This document shows positions 47,528-55,757 of a stretch of 64,000 nt of DNA, piece after piece. Position 1 is the first letter of the stretch. Each line of letters begins with the position of its first letter. The notes beneath the pieces were generated by a model. It did not search any database, was not told the DNA's origin, and saw only the letters and a list, made by a program, of their open reading frames with translations. The position numbers and the translations under genes were made by a program. The stretch is from Patescibacteria group bacterium (GTDB taxonomy: Bacteria; Patescibacteriota; UBA1384; DATEAH01): assembly GCA_035288465.1 (NCBI GenBank), contig DATEAH010000005.1:131636-195635 (forward strand). Reading direction: 5' to 3'.

Positions 47528-47546
47528 TTTAGAACAAAAAAATAAA

Positions 47547-48353
47547 TTATGAGACCATAATATCCCTTTTAGAAAACCAAGCAGCACCAATAACAATTAC
47601 AACCGCGGAAATGCCGATAAAAACTAAATACCCCCAGTGATCAATTTGATTATGGATTAGAGCTTTGGAAGGATTAAAATAATAAAAGAATGAGACATAT
47701 TTTAGATCAGCAAGTTGCTCTTTAATTGAAGAAACAATATTTAAAACGTACATGACCACCAACAAGGCCCCGGAAATAAAATAGACTTTGCCTTTATCAG
47801 AAAAAATTGCCGACAAGAACATCCCAATGCTATAAATGACCAAACCAAATAAAAATGCCAAAAGCGCCATGGTGGCAAAATTTTCAAAAGTATAAGAAAT
47901 TTTAAAAATCTCAATAATGGGAATGGCGATAAAGACCGAGAAAATGACAAAAACCACTAAGCTGGCTAGACCGGCCAAATATCGGCTAATAAATAATTTT
48001 AACCTTGAAATTGGCTGAGCTAACAAAATTTCAATCGTGCCTTTTTCAATTTCGCCAGCAAAAGCCGTGCCGGCAAAACCAACTGACATCAAAACTACTA
48101 ATAATGGCCACATAAACGAAAATTGTTCGGTCGATAAAAAACCTTCAATAGTAGTGAAGTTGGCAATATCGAAATTAAAAGCCTTTAAAAAAGACTCGGG
48201 ATAACTTTTAAACAATTGCTCCATGGCCGCTGATTGGTCTTTAAATGATGGGAACAAAGAAATATACATTAATAACAAGCCAATATTGACTAAAATATAC
48301 ACTAAAAAGACTGATTGTCGATCTTTTAAAATCCGCCAAAACACTGCTTTCAT
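47547..48353 (-). CDS. ABC-2 type transporter permease
   Basis: 268 aa, 6 TM helices, adjacent to the ABC ATPase. Confidence 0.6.
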   Translation of the reverse strand: MKAVFWRILKDRQSVFLVYILVNIGLLLMYISLFPSFKDQSAAMEQLFKSYPESFLKAFNFDIANFTTIEGFLSTEQFSFMWPLLVVLMSVGFAGTAFAGEIEKGTIEILLAQPISRLKLFISRYLAGLASLVVFVIFSVFIAIPIIEIFKISYTFENFATMALLAFLFGLVIYSIGMFLSAIFSDKGKVYFISGALLVVMYVLNIVSSIKEQLADLKYVSFFYYFNPSKALIHNQIDHWGYLVFIGISAVVIVIGAAWFSKRDIMVS

Positions 48354-49234
48354 TATTTTTCTCCGCCACGATAAAATTCTAAAAAGACTTCTTCTAAAGT
48401 CGCATGGGTGATTTCTAAATCTTTAATTTGGTTTTTAGCTAATTTCTGCAACACTATATTAATATCGCCTTTAGAATTTAAAACTAAGCCATCTGGCAAA
48501 ACTCGCTCAATAGCAACCTCTTTGGAAATAAAATCATTTTTATTGAATGTATTTTCAAAAATAACCGTAATAATGTGCGTTTTTTTGGCATGAAGTTTTT
48601 CAATATCTTCAAGCGCGATTAATTTGCCAGCTTTAATAATGCCAACTCGACGGCAAAGCCTTTCGACCTCAGCTAAATTATGAGATGACATAAAAATAGT
48701 GGTGCCTGATTTCTCTAAATCTTCTAAAATTTCATAAATGGTATTTTGTAATAACGGATCAAGCCCGACTGTGGGTTCATCCATAATGAGAATTTGCGGA
48801 TTAGACATTAAAGCTAAAATTAAACCTAATTTTTGTTTATTGCCGGTTGATAAATGCTTAAATTTTAATTTGGGGTTAAAGTCTAATTTTTTACACAACT
48901 CGCGGACATTTTGAGACTTACCACGGATCGATTCCACAAAATCAATATGCTCCTGACCAGTCCAGCCATCATAAAGTTGAACGTTGCCGGGTAAATAACC
49001 GACTTTGTCCATTATTTTCACGCTTTGTTTTTGAGCGTCTTGGCTTAAAATTTTAATTTCGCCTGAGGTGGGTTTGATAAAATTCATTAGGCAACGGATA
49101 GTGGTGGTTTTACCAGCACCATTGGGTCCTAAAAAGCCAAAAATTTCGCCTTTTTCGACTTCAAAAGAAATGCCATCAACGGCTTTAGTTTTGCCAAAAT
49201 GTTTTTTGAGATTTGAAACTTCAATCGCTTTCAT
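48353..49234 (-). CDS. ABC transporter ATP-binding protein
   Basis: GPNGAGKTTT Walker A, LSTGNKQKLGL signature, ILIMDEPTVGLD Walker B. Confidence 0.85.
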   Translation of the reverse strand: MKAIEVSNLKKHFGKTKAVDGISFEVEKGEIFGFLGPNGAGKTTTIRCLMNFIKPTSGEIKILSQDAQKQSVKIMDKVGYLPGNVQLYDGWTGQEHIDFVESIRGKSQNVRELCKKLDFNPKLKFKHLSTGNKQKLGLILALMSNPQILIMDEPTVGLDPLLQNTIYEILEDLEKSGTTIFMSSHNLAEVERLCRRVGIIKAGKLIALEDIEKLHAKKTHIITVIFENTFNKNDFISKEVAIERVLPDGLVLNSKGDINIVLQKLAKNQIKDLEITHATLEEVFLEFYRGGEK

Positions 49235-49246
49235 TATTTTACAATA

Positions 49247-49825
49247 TTATCTAGTTAGCCTAACTGGAATTTGAATTAAACCGATTTCACTGCTGTCAGC
49301 TTCAGAAACATCAAACAACTCCAGAATTGCATCCATTGGTGAACGACTTAAAGTTAAAGTGATCGTTTTGCGGTAAGGGGCGTTTTCAAAACTATCGCCG
49401 GTGACAGAAACAGCACCTTGCTTCAAAATTGGGCCGCGGCAATCTCTGAGTCGGTAATTAAATTCGCCTTCAAAAACCGTCGCCGTACCAGAAAAAGTCA
49501 AACTTAACCCAGAATTAATTGAATAATCCGCAGGGGATGTAACTTTAATGGTTGTACCCTTGGTCGGATTTTGAAGACAATGAACACTTTTTACGGTCTG
49601 ACTAGTGCCTTGTGAAGTTGCTGAAGAGTTAGTTGATGTGCTTGTGTCAGAAGTGCTTGAGGTTGATTCTTCAGCATTTTTTTTCAAGGTATCAATTTCT
49701 CGGCGCAAATTTTCAATTTCCGTGCTGGCTTTTTTGCTTTGAGCGCGATAATAATAAACCCCATAGCTTGTGGCAACCAACAATAATACTAAAAGGATCG
49801 AACCAACGATTTTTAATATTTTCAT
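49247..49825 (-). CDS. membrane-anchored Ser/Thr-rich secreted protein, unknown function
   Basis: N-terminal TM, coiled-coil, STSDTSTSTNSSATSQGTSQ linker, beta-rich C-term. Confidence 0.45.
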   Translation of the reverse strand: MKILKIVGSILLVLLLVATSYGVYYYRAQSKKASTEIENLRREIDTLKKNAEESTSSTSDTSTSTNSSATSQGTSQTVKSVHCLQNPTKGTTIKVTSPADYSINSGLSLTFSGTATVFEGEFNYRLRDCRGPILKQGAVSVTGDSFENAPYRKTITLTLSRSPMDAILELFDVSEADSSEIGLIQIPVRLTR

Positions 49826-49887
49826 ATTTCCCTCATTAATATTATATCAATTTTTATAAAATCTAAAAGCGGGAAGAATCTTAAATT

Positions 49888-49912
49888 GGCGGAAAAAAAG
49901 AGCCGAGGCTCG
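49888..49912 (-). terminator. rho-independent terminator after the 7-gene island operon
   Basis: minus strand CGAGCC-TC-GGCTC then TTTTTTT. Confidence 0.45.
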
Positions 49913-49951
49913 AAAACTGGTGTTGTTGTCGAACAACGGCTGTTAATTTTT

Positions 49952-50134
49952 TTAAAATTGTAATTTTTTAATTGCTAAGGCAAGTCCCGAAATAATAATG
50001 GCAATTGCCAGAAGATACAACCCTAAACAAATCCAAATGTGTAGATTTTGCCCCAGAGAAATAGCGGCTCCAATCATTGAGAAACATCCACAAACAAACA
50101 TAAAAATGCCTAAGCCAAACCAGGTTATCTTCAT
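49952..50134 (-). CDS. island operon gene 7: small 2-TM membrane protein (60 aa)
   Basis: ATG overlaps upstream TGA (ATGA); preceded by GGAGGGATAAGAG. Confidence 0.5.
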   Translation of the reverse strand: MKITWFGLGIFMFVCGCFSMIGAAISLGQNLHIWICLGLYLLAIAIIISGLALAIKKLQF

Positions 50135-50412
50135 CTCTTATCCCTCCAGATTGATACTTTTTTAACTGTTTTGGCTTTTAGGATTTTATTTTCTGTGTCA
50201 AATTCTAAAATTTCAAATGTCTGTGCATCTACTTCAAACACAGTTACTTTCTGACCCGTGAATTGATTGGTTGCAAATGCTGTAGCGAGAATCATTTGTA
50301 AATTTAGTCCTTGTACTTTTTCAATACGACATTTCTTAGCATCATCTATATAAACGTCCACATAATCCCCAGCATACACCGTGAGAAGAGATATTTTTTC
50401 TGCCGTTGCCAT
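50131..50412 (-). CDS. island operon gene 6: hypothetical protein (93 aa)
   Basis: preceded by CCAGGAGGCGATGAGAG-ATG cassette. Confidence 0.55.
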   Translation of the reverse strand: MATAEKISLLTVYAGDYVDVYIDDAKKCRIEKVQGLNLQMILATAFATNQFTGQKVTVFEVDAQTFEILEFDTENKILKAKTVKKVSIWRDKR

Positions 50413-50450
50413 CTCTCATCGCCTCCTGGAGTTTGTGGTTCGGCTTGATT

Positions 50451-50891
50451 CTAATCTTGCAACCGTGTTACGACTTGATTGCAAAGAACTTCAAACCGTT
50501 TGATTGCATCATGCGATAACCTTAAACTTGAAAGAGAAATTTTCCCATTATTATCGATGGCTTGGATAATCTCTTGGCAAGTAGGCACAACCACTTCTTG
50601 CAATTTATCAATTGCCTCGAGGTCATAATTGCCTTCCAAAGGAATTGAGAGATTGGCAGCTTGTTTGGAACAAATATCTCTGACTTCTGCCGAAAGCTCC
50701 TCAAATTTTGCTGGAAATGTGGTTAAAGGACGGCGATCATCTTCGTTGAGTTGCTCAAGAAAGTATTTAAGCTCTTCGGGCCCATGCATATGCATCTTCC
50801 AGACGCATTCAAGAATTTCCATAACTTCATTGGCTCTCACGAGATAAGCAGCAAGCATAATCCGAGTGACGACCGCTGGCATCTGTTCCAT
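50451..50891 (-). CDS. island operon gene 5: hypothetical protein (146 aa)
   Basis: preceded by TGGAGACGATGAGAG-ATG; the upstream gene's TGA lies inside the cassette. Confidence 0.55.
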   Translation of the reverse strand: MEQMPAVVTRIMLAAYLVRANEVMEILECVWKMHMHGPEELKYFLEQLNEDDRRPLTTFPAKFEELSAEVRDICSKQAANLSIPLEGNYDLEAIDKLQEVVVPTCQEIIQAIDNNGKISLSSLRLSHDAIKRFEVLCNQVVTRLQD

Positions 50892-50894
50892 CTC

Positions 50895-51356
50895 TCATCG
50901 TCTCCATAAGTCTTCGATTTGATCTTGAACTTCTTGAGCCAAAGCCTTACCTTTATCGGTTAAAACCACCAAATCTTGATCATTTATTTCAACAATTCCA
51001 GCAACTACAGCTTCGTCAAGAATCGTGAGAGGATGATTGGCATCAAGTAAAATCGCAATTCCATAATCTGCTGATTTTACGATGACTGCTTGAAGTAATT
51101 CCAAATGTTTCTCACGAATAAGACAACTCATAACTTCATTAGAAACACCTAGATGATACGAGATTACATTTTCAATACCTTTCATAAACCCTGTAATGGT
51201 TTCTGGGCAGAGAATTTGCAAACGTGCTCTTTGGTAATCTTCTTCAGGCATACGACGGGTCCACATATCAATATAACAACACCCGCTTGCCTCTATTTTG
51301 TGTAAATCGTCAACTAGATCACCCAAAGTTTTTCTGGCTTGATTGTTTTCGCTCAT
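50895..51356 (-). CDS. island operon gene 4: hypothetical protein (153 aa)
   Basis: preceded by CCAGGAGGCGATGAGAG-ATG. Confidence 0.55.
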   Translation of the reverse strand: MSENNQARKTLGDLVDDLHKIEASGCCYIDMWTRRMPEEDYQRARLQILCPETITGFMKGIENVISYHLGVSNEVMSCLIREKHLELLQAVIVKSADYGIAILLDANHPLTILDEAVVAGIVEINDQDLVVLTDKGKALAQEVQDQIEDLWRR

Positions 51357-51405
51357 CTCTCATCGCCTCCTGGGTAGGGGTTGTAAAAACCTGGACGGGC
51401 GAATA

Positions 51406-52167
51406 TTACTGTTGATTTTGAAGATTCATAATCTCACGTGCGAGCATGTTTAAGTAAGTGCAAGCATAAGTTCTCATTAAAAATGCTTGAGGAACGCGAT
51501 ACCCGCCATGAATCTCTGCCCGCAAAACATCAAAAATACCATGCCAAGAATCATCTGATCCGGAAAAATCGCCCTTGGCGAAAGGCTCAACTGTTTGGCG
51601 TTTACAATTGATCTCACTGCGTTCCAATTCTACATCTCTTTCGAGAACAAAATTAGAGGTATCAGTGTAGGGCGGGAATTTAATTAAGAGCAGGGCGCCT
51701 GAACCTGGACCAAGACTGATATAATCAGAATCAACCCAATTACATTTTCGATCATGACCATTATCAGCGTCCAAAAATTCACCAAGCCATTTCATTCTTT
51801 CTTTAATGGGAATATATTTTAATATTCGGGAAATTGGCGAATAAATTTCCTCGCCGACTCTTTCTCTGAGTTTTGTCGGTTCAGTGGGAGAATTTATCCA
51901 TCTGCCTATGTCTTCAATAAACCCATCAAGACATTCTCCAAAAGCATTTCTTTCGATTTGGCAATTCTGCTCATGAGATATTTTTCCGGAAGAAATCGCT
52001 TCGATAATCGGTGGCCAAATCAGGATCGGCGCAATTTCAATTTGATAGCCAACCTTTTCCTCGCAAGGCGGTTTTGCCCTTCCATAATGGCATCGGCATT
52101 GATGACGAAAAGGAGTCATTGCCATGGGGAAGTTAAAACGATGCAGATAGGGCATAGGGTCTGCCAT
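51406..52167 (-). CDS. island operon gene 3: hypothetical Cys-rich protein (254 aa)
   Basis: start moved to ATG at 52167 (MADPMPYLHRF) preceded by CGGAGGCAATCGAG; the ORF-track GTG start 52209 has no SD. Confidence 0.5.
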   Translation of the reverse strand: MADPMPYLHRFNFPMAMTPFRHQCRCHYGRAKPPCEEKVGYQIEIAPILIWPPIIEAISSGKISHEQNCQIERNAFGECLDGFIEDIGRWINSPTEPTKLRERVGEEIYSPISRILKYIPIKERMKWLGEFLDADNGHDRKCNWVDSDYISLGPGSGALLLIKFPPYTDTSNFVLERDVELERSEINCKRQTVEPFAKGDFSGSDDSWHGIFDVLRAEIHGGYRVPQAFLMRTYACTYLNMLAREIMNLQNQQ

Positions 52168-52201
52168 CTCGATTGCCTCCGTGGTGAGTTTTGAATCAGA
52201 A

Positions 52202-52420
52202 TCAAGCACTTATTTCAAATACATTATCACCAACAGGCGTCACATGAAATGTCATACTATAATCAAAGAGTAGAGACACTGTCAACACGTTAATTTGTTT
52301 GTATGTTCCTTTAATTTTAACCTTACCGTTATTCTTTAATATAAAAGAATGCAAATCATCAACGGTAAGCGAACCAGCATCAAGAACCTCCTGCTCTTGA
52401 CGAGATTCTGCCTCTGCCAT
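52202..52420 (-). CDS. island operon gene 2: hypothetical protein (72 aa)
   Basis: preceded by CAAGGAGGCGATCGAG-ATG. Confidence 0.5.
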   Translation of the reverse strand: MAEAESRQEQEVLDAGSLTVDDLHSFILKNNGKVKIKGTYKQINVLTVSLLFDYSMTFHVTPVGDNVFEISA

Positions 52421-52443
52421 CTCGATCGCCTCCTTGTGGTGTC

Positions 52444-52551
52444 GGATTACTATGTTTGCGCAAAACGTAAAAATTCAACAAGCAGCCATCCTACAAAAGT
52501 AGTATCAAAAAGGATAACAGAAAGACACACCATCGCTTCTTTGACACTCAT
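52444..52551 (-). CDS. island operon gene 1: small hydrophobic peptide (35 aa), not in ORF track
   Basis: CCAGGAGGCGATCGAG-ATGAGT; MSVKEAMVCLSVILFDTTFVGWLLVEFLRFAQT. Confidence 0.4.
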
Positions 52552-52619
52552 CTCGATCGCCTCCTGGGGAGTTTGGGATTCCAAATTGTTAAAGTACTGG
52601 CTCTTCGTAATTAGGTAAA

Positions 52620-52628
52620 TTATAGCAT
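52620..52628 (-). promoter_or_regulatory. extended -10 element TGCTATAAT upstream of the island operon
   Basis: minus-strand TGnTATAAT ~45 nt upstream of the first cassette. Confidence 0.35.
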
Positions 52629-52739
52629 AATTTGGGAAAAATAAAAATAGGAACTGTCAAAGTTCCCCAAATTTTCAATTTTAGATTTGTTGTTTGTAAT
52701 CTATTGTTGATTATCCACTGTTAATTGCTTACTGTTAAT

Positions 52740-53282
52740 CTATTCTATGCAGCAGTCGATCACTTTTTTAACCAAATCTCCCATTTTGCCGAGAACGCCT
52801 TTTTTGCTTTTGTCGTGAACATTTAAAGCTTGACCGCCAATTTTGCTAATTCCGGCCACGTCAATGGCACCCATATTAAGGCCCCAAAATAAAGAATAAA
52901 GTTGATATGATTTTGAAAAATAATCTTCAGCTTCTTTGTCTTTACCCATGGTTTGCGCTTTGGTGCCAACTTCCATCAAACGCATGGCGGCGGCTAACAA
53001 ATGCTTTGACAGACACCAAATTTCGCCTTCCGGATTTTTGACTAATTTTTTAAGCAATTCTTTGCGCATTTCGCGGACTAAATTTAACATTTTTAAATAC
53101 TTGGCTTTGCCGGTTTTTTCCGCGGTAAAGAAAAAATGTTCTTCAATTGAGACTAAATTCATGACGGCAATTGATAAATCTTGGTCGGATGACAGATCTA
53201 ATTTCTGCTCCTTTTTCATCTTGCTTACTTTAGCTAATAATTGATCAAGTTTATCTTTTTGAGAAGAATTTTTTTTCGGCAT
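52740..53282 (-). CDS. hypothetical protein (180 aa)
   Basis: long ORF, Lys-rich, no recognised motif. Confidence 0.45.
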   Translation of the reverse strand: MPKKNSSQKDKLDQLLAKVSKMKKEQKLDLSSDQDLSIAVMNLVSIEEHFFFTAEKTGKAKYLKMLNLVREMRKELLKKLVKNPEGEIWCLSKHLLAAAMRLMEVGTKAQTMGKDKEAEDYFSKSYQLYSLFWGLNMGAIDVAGISKIGGQALNVHDKSKKGVLGKMGDLVKKVIDCCIE

Positions 53283-53450
53283 AAGACCTCACTTTACTAA
53301 ATTTCTAATTATTCTAATTGACCTAATTAACCTAACCAATCCCCAATTATTAAATGTCCAATGTCTAAATTTTGGTCATTTTTTTATTTTATTATTGGGA
53401 TTTGATTAGAATAATTAGACTAATTGGGTTAATTCGACATTTTCCCTATT

Positions 53451-53981
53451 TTATTTTCTAGTGACAAAATAAAAAACTACGGTTAATAGAGCTAAGGGCA
53501 AAATTGGCATCACAATTTTTTGGAAGGCAAAATAAGCCCTGCCGCCATGACGTTTTTTCAAAAACGCATAAGTTAAATCACCAGCCAAAAAGAAAATGCT
53601 GCCGACGGCAAGTCCGAAAATAAGCTTATCAATTCCCCAAATTTTGTTTAAGGGATGTCCCAAGATTTCGGTATAATATAACGGAATTAAAATCGAGGTA
53701 TAATAAACCAAAGCGACCACCAATAAATCGCCGGGGAAAGTGTAATGCCTTTTTTTCATCCAAGAATATGTCCACAGGGTCGTGGAAACAATTAAACCGC
53801 CAATCCAAAGACCGGAAATAGTATCATCAACGCCCAACCAACGCGAAAGTCCTAAGCTGGCGCCAACCGCGATTGTGCAAACCGGACAAACCGCCCCAAC
53901 CTTGGCAATTGGCAAAAAAATTCCCACTAGGGGCGCTAAAATATATGAGAAAAATTTAATTAATTTAAATGATTTTTTCAT
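53451..53981 (-). CDS. integral membrane protein, unknown function
   Basis: 176 aa, ~5 TM helices, CPVC motif. Confidence 0.45.
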   Translation of the reverse strand: MKKSFKLIKFFSYILAPLVGIFLPIAKVGAVCPVCTIAVGASLGLSRWLGVDDTISGLWIGGLIVSTTLWTYSWMKKRHYTFPGDLLVVALVYYTSILIPLYYTEILGHPLNKIWGIDKLIFGLAVGSIFFLAGDLTYAFLKKRHGGRAYFAFQKIVMPILPLALLTVVFYFVTRK

Positions 53982-54016
53982 AGCTTAAGATTTAGTATAC
54001 TATATTTGGAAATAAA

Positions 54017-54844
54017 TTAAAAGCCTAAGTTTTCTTTGAATTTGTCTAGGGTATCAGTACCTCGAACTCGAACTCGAGTTAATTCATAATTTTTTGACTG
54101 GTAATTATATCGGCCGACCTTGGTCGTGACCGCACCTAAATAGCCGGCATCTTCGACTAATTTAATAATTTCATCGTTATATTGGCCAGATGGGTAGCAG
54201 AAGAAGCTGGCAGTTATGCCCAAACGAGATTCGAGTTGGGATTTGCTTTGGAAAATTTCTTTGGAGGCTTTATCGAGGCTGGCATTGGTTAAGTTTGGAT
54301 GAGACAAAGTATGAGAACCGATAGACCAACCGGCATTTTTTAATGCCACCAAATCGTCCCAAGTCAAATATCTAGTTTTGCCAACATCATTGACAATGAC
54401 AAAAACCGTGGCTGAATATTGGAATTTTTGCAGAATTGGCAAAGCATTTTCAATGATATCTTTATAGCCATCATCAAAAGTGATGATAAATTTTCGAGCC
54501 TCTCTTTTAGTAAATAATTCATCTAAATTAATGGTGCTAAAACCTAAGCTTTTCAAATAGCCGATTTGTTCTTCAAATTTGACCGGTGACAAACTCAAGC
54601 TTTGTTCGAGTTGGCTATCGGGACTTGGGTTGATTCGAATATGGTGATACATCAAAATTGGCGATAAACTCCAAACACCATTTGTGCTCACTTCTGGCAA
54701 ATTCGCCTCCGGGCCAGCGGGAATCGCGTAAAAAGGATAAGAATTATTGGTAATAGGATTTTGATTTTCATAAAAAAAGAAGGCTAACGCGGAAATTAAA
54801 AGCAAACCAAAAATTGTAATCACGATGATTGCCGCGACTCTCAA
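54017..54844 (-). CDS. polysaccharide deacetylase (NodB/CE4 domain)
   Basis: ITFDDGYKD motif and His-containing CE4 motifs; N-terminal TM. Confidence 0.75.
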   Translation of the reverse strand: MRVAAIIVITIFGLLLISALAFFFYENQNPITNNSYPFYAIPAGPEANLPEVSTNGVWSLSPILMYHHIRINPSPDSQLEQSLSLSPVKFEEQIGYLKSLGFSTINLDELFTKREARKFIITFDDGYKDIIENALPILQKFQYSATVFVIVNDVGKTRYLTWDDLVALKNAGWSIGSHTLSHPNLTNASLDKASKEIFQSKSQLESRLGITASFFCYPSGQYNDEIIKLVEDAGYLGAVTTKVGRYNYQSKNYELTRVRVRGTDTLDKFKENLGF

Positions 54845-54882
54845 TTTTTCTCCAATTTTTTGAAGATTTGAAATATTATAAA

Positions 54883-55452
54883 TTATTTACTGTTATTTAT
54901 AACGCCGTTGGCCGCTTCCACGATGACTCTAGCTAATCTTTTTGCCTGAGAAATATCGGTTTGGTTCCAAGCCCAATTTACTGTCGAGGTAAACTGAGAA
55001 TTGCCGGTGGCTTGCGCCAAGGCATACCCACGGTCATATTCGGCTTGAGAAATATTTTGCAAACCATCATGCAAATCAATAATTTCGCCCAGATATTTTA
55101 GAAAATTTGCATAAGCGGTGGCGGTGGTGTTTTGTGATACGTAGGTTTTGTTAGCATCTGCTAAAGTCTTTTTCTCTGCATCAAGTTTAGTTTTGGCAGT
55201 TTGGCAGGTTTTTAGTTGATCTTTAAGCTGATTAGTAAGATCTGTTGAAGATGAGGTCGCTGAAGAAAGTTGATTTTCTAAATTTTCTTTTTCTTGGGCT
55301 AAGGTTTTATACAATTGACGTTGGTGATAATACAAATAACCTAAAGCACCCGCTCCTAAGAAAAAGACAATTGTCAGCACTAACATTAAAATAAAAATTC
55401 GCTTGGACTTGACGGGGTCGTTTACAAACTCCATTTCCCTCCTTTTTCCCAC
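54883..55452 (-). CDS. membrane-anchored coiled-coil protein, unknown function
   Basis: TM helix then Q/T/K-rich coiled-coil. Confidence 0.4.
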   Translation of the reverse strand: MGKRREMEFVNDPVKSKRIFILMLVLTIVFFLGAGALGYLYYHQRQLYKTLAQEKENLENQLSSATSSSTDLTNQLKDQLKTCQTAKTKLDAEKKTLADANKTYVSQNTTATAYANFLKYLGEIIDLHDGLQNISQAEYDRGYALAQATGNSQFTSTVNWAWNQTDISQAKRLARVIVEAANGVINNSK

Positions 55453-55757
55453 ATATTAGGGAAAATAACAAAATAATATTATCTAATTTAATAATGCAAT
55501 AATTTATAAAATTGTCAAATAACCAAAAAGGCCATAAAAAAATCCGCCTCGGGCAATATTTGCCTCCTAGAGGCGGACTTGGCTCTTCCTCATAAATGAG
55601 GAATGAGATCGAGTCTGCATTTCTAATCTTATTATACTCTATTGTTTTTTATTGTCAAGCCGGTTGTTGGTTCTAAAAAAATAAATTGACTATAATATTA
55701 TTTTCGCAACCTTTGCTGAGAAAACGCTTAAAATTCAGTAATTTATATTCTTGGGAT

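Noticed and set aside
46700-47530. Considered RNase P RNA, tmRNA, 6S RNA or group II intron for the GC-rich structured region
   Set aside because: None of the hallmark boxes are present. These would be GGAAAGTCCGG and ACAGAACCCGGCTTA for RNase P, the tRNA-like 3' end and tag ORF for tmRNA, or a domain V with an AGC triad for a group II intron. The class is left unknown.
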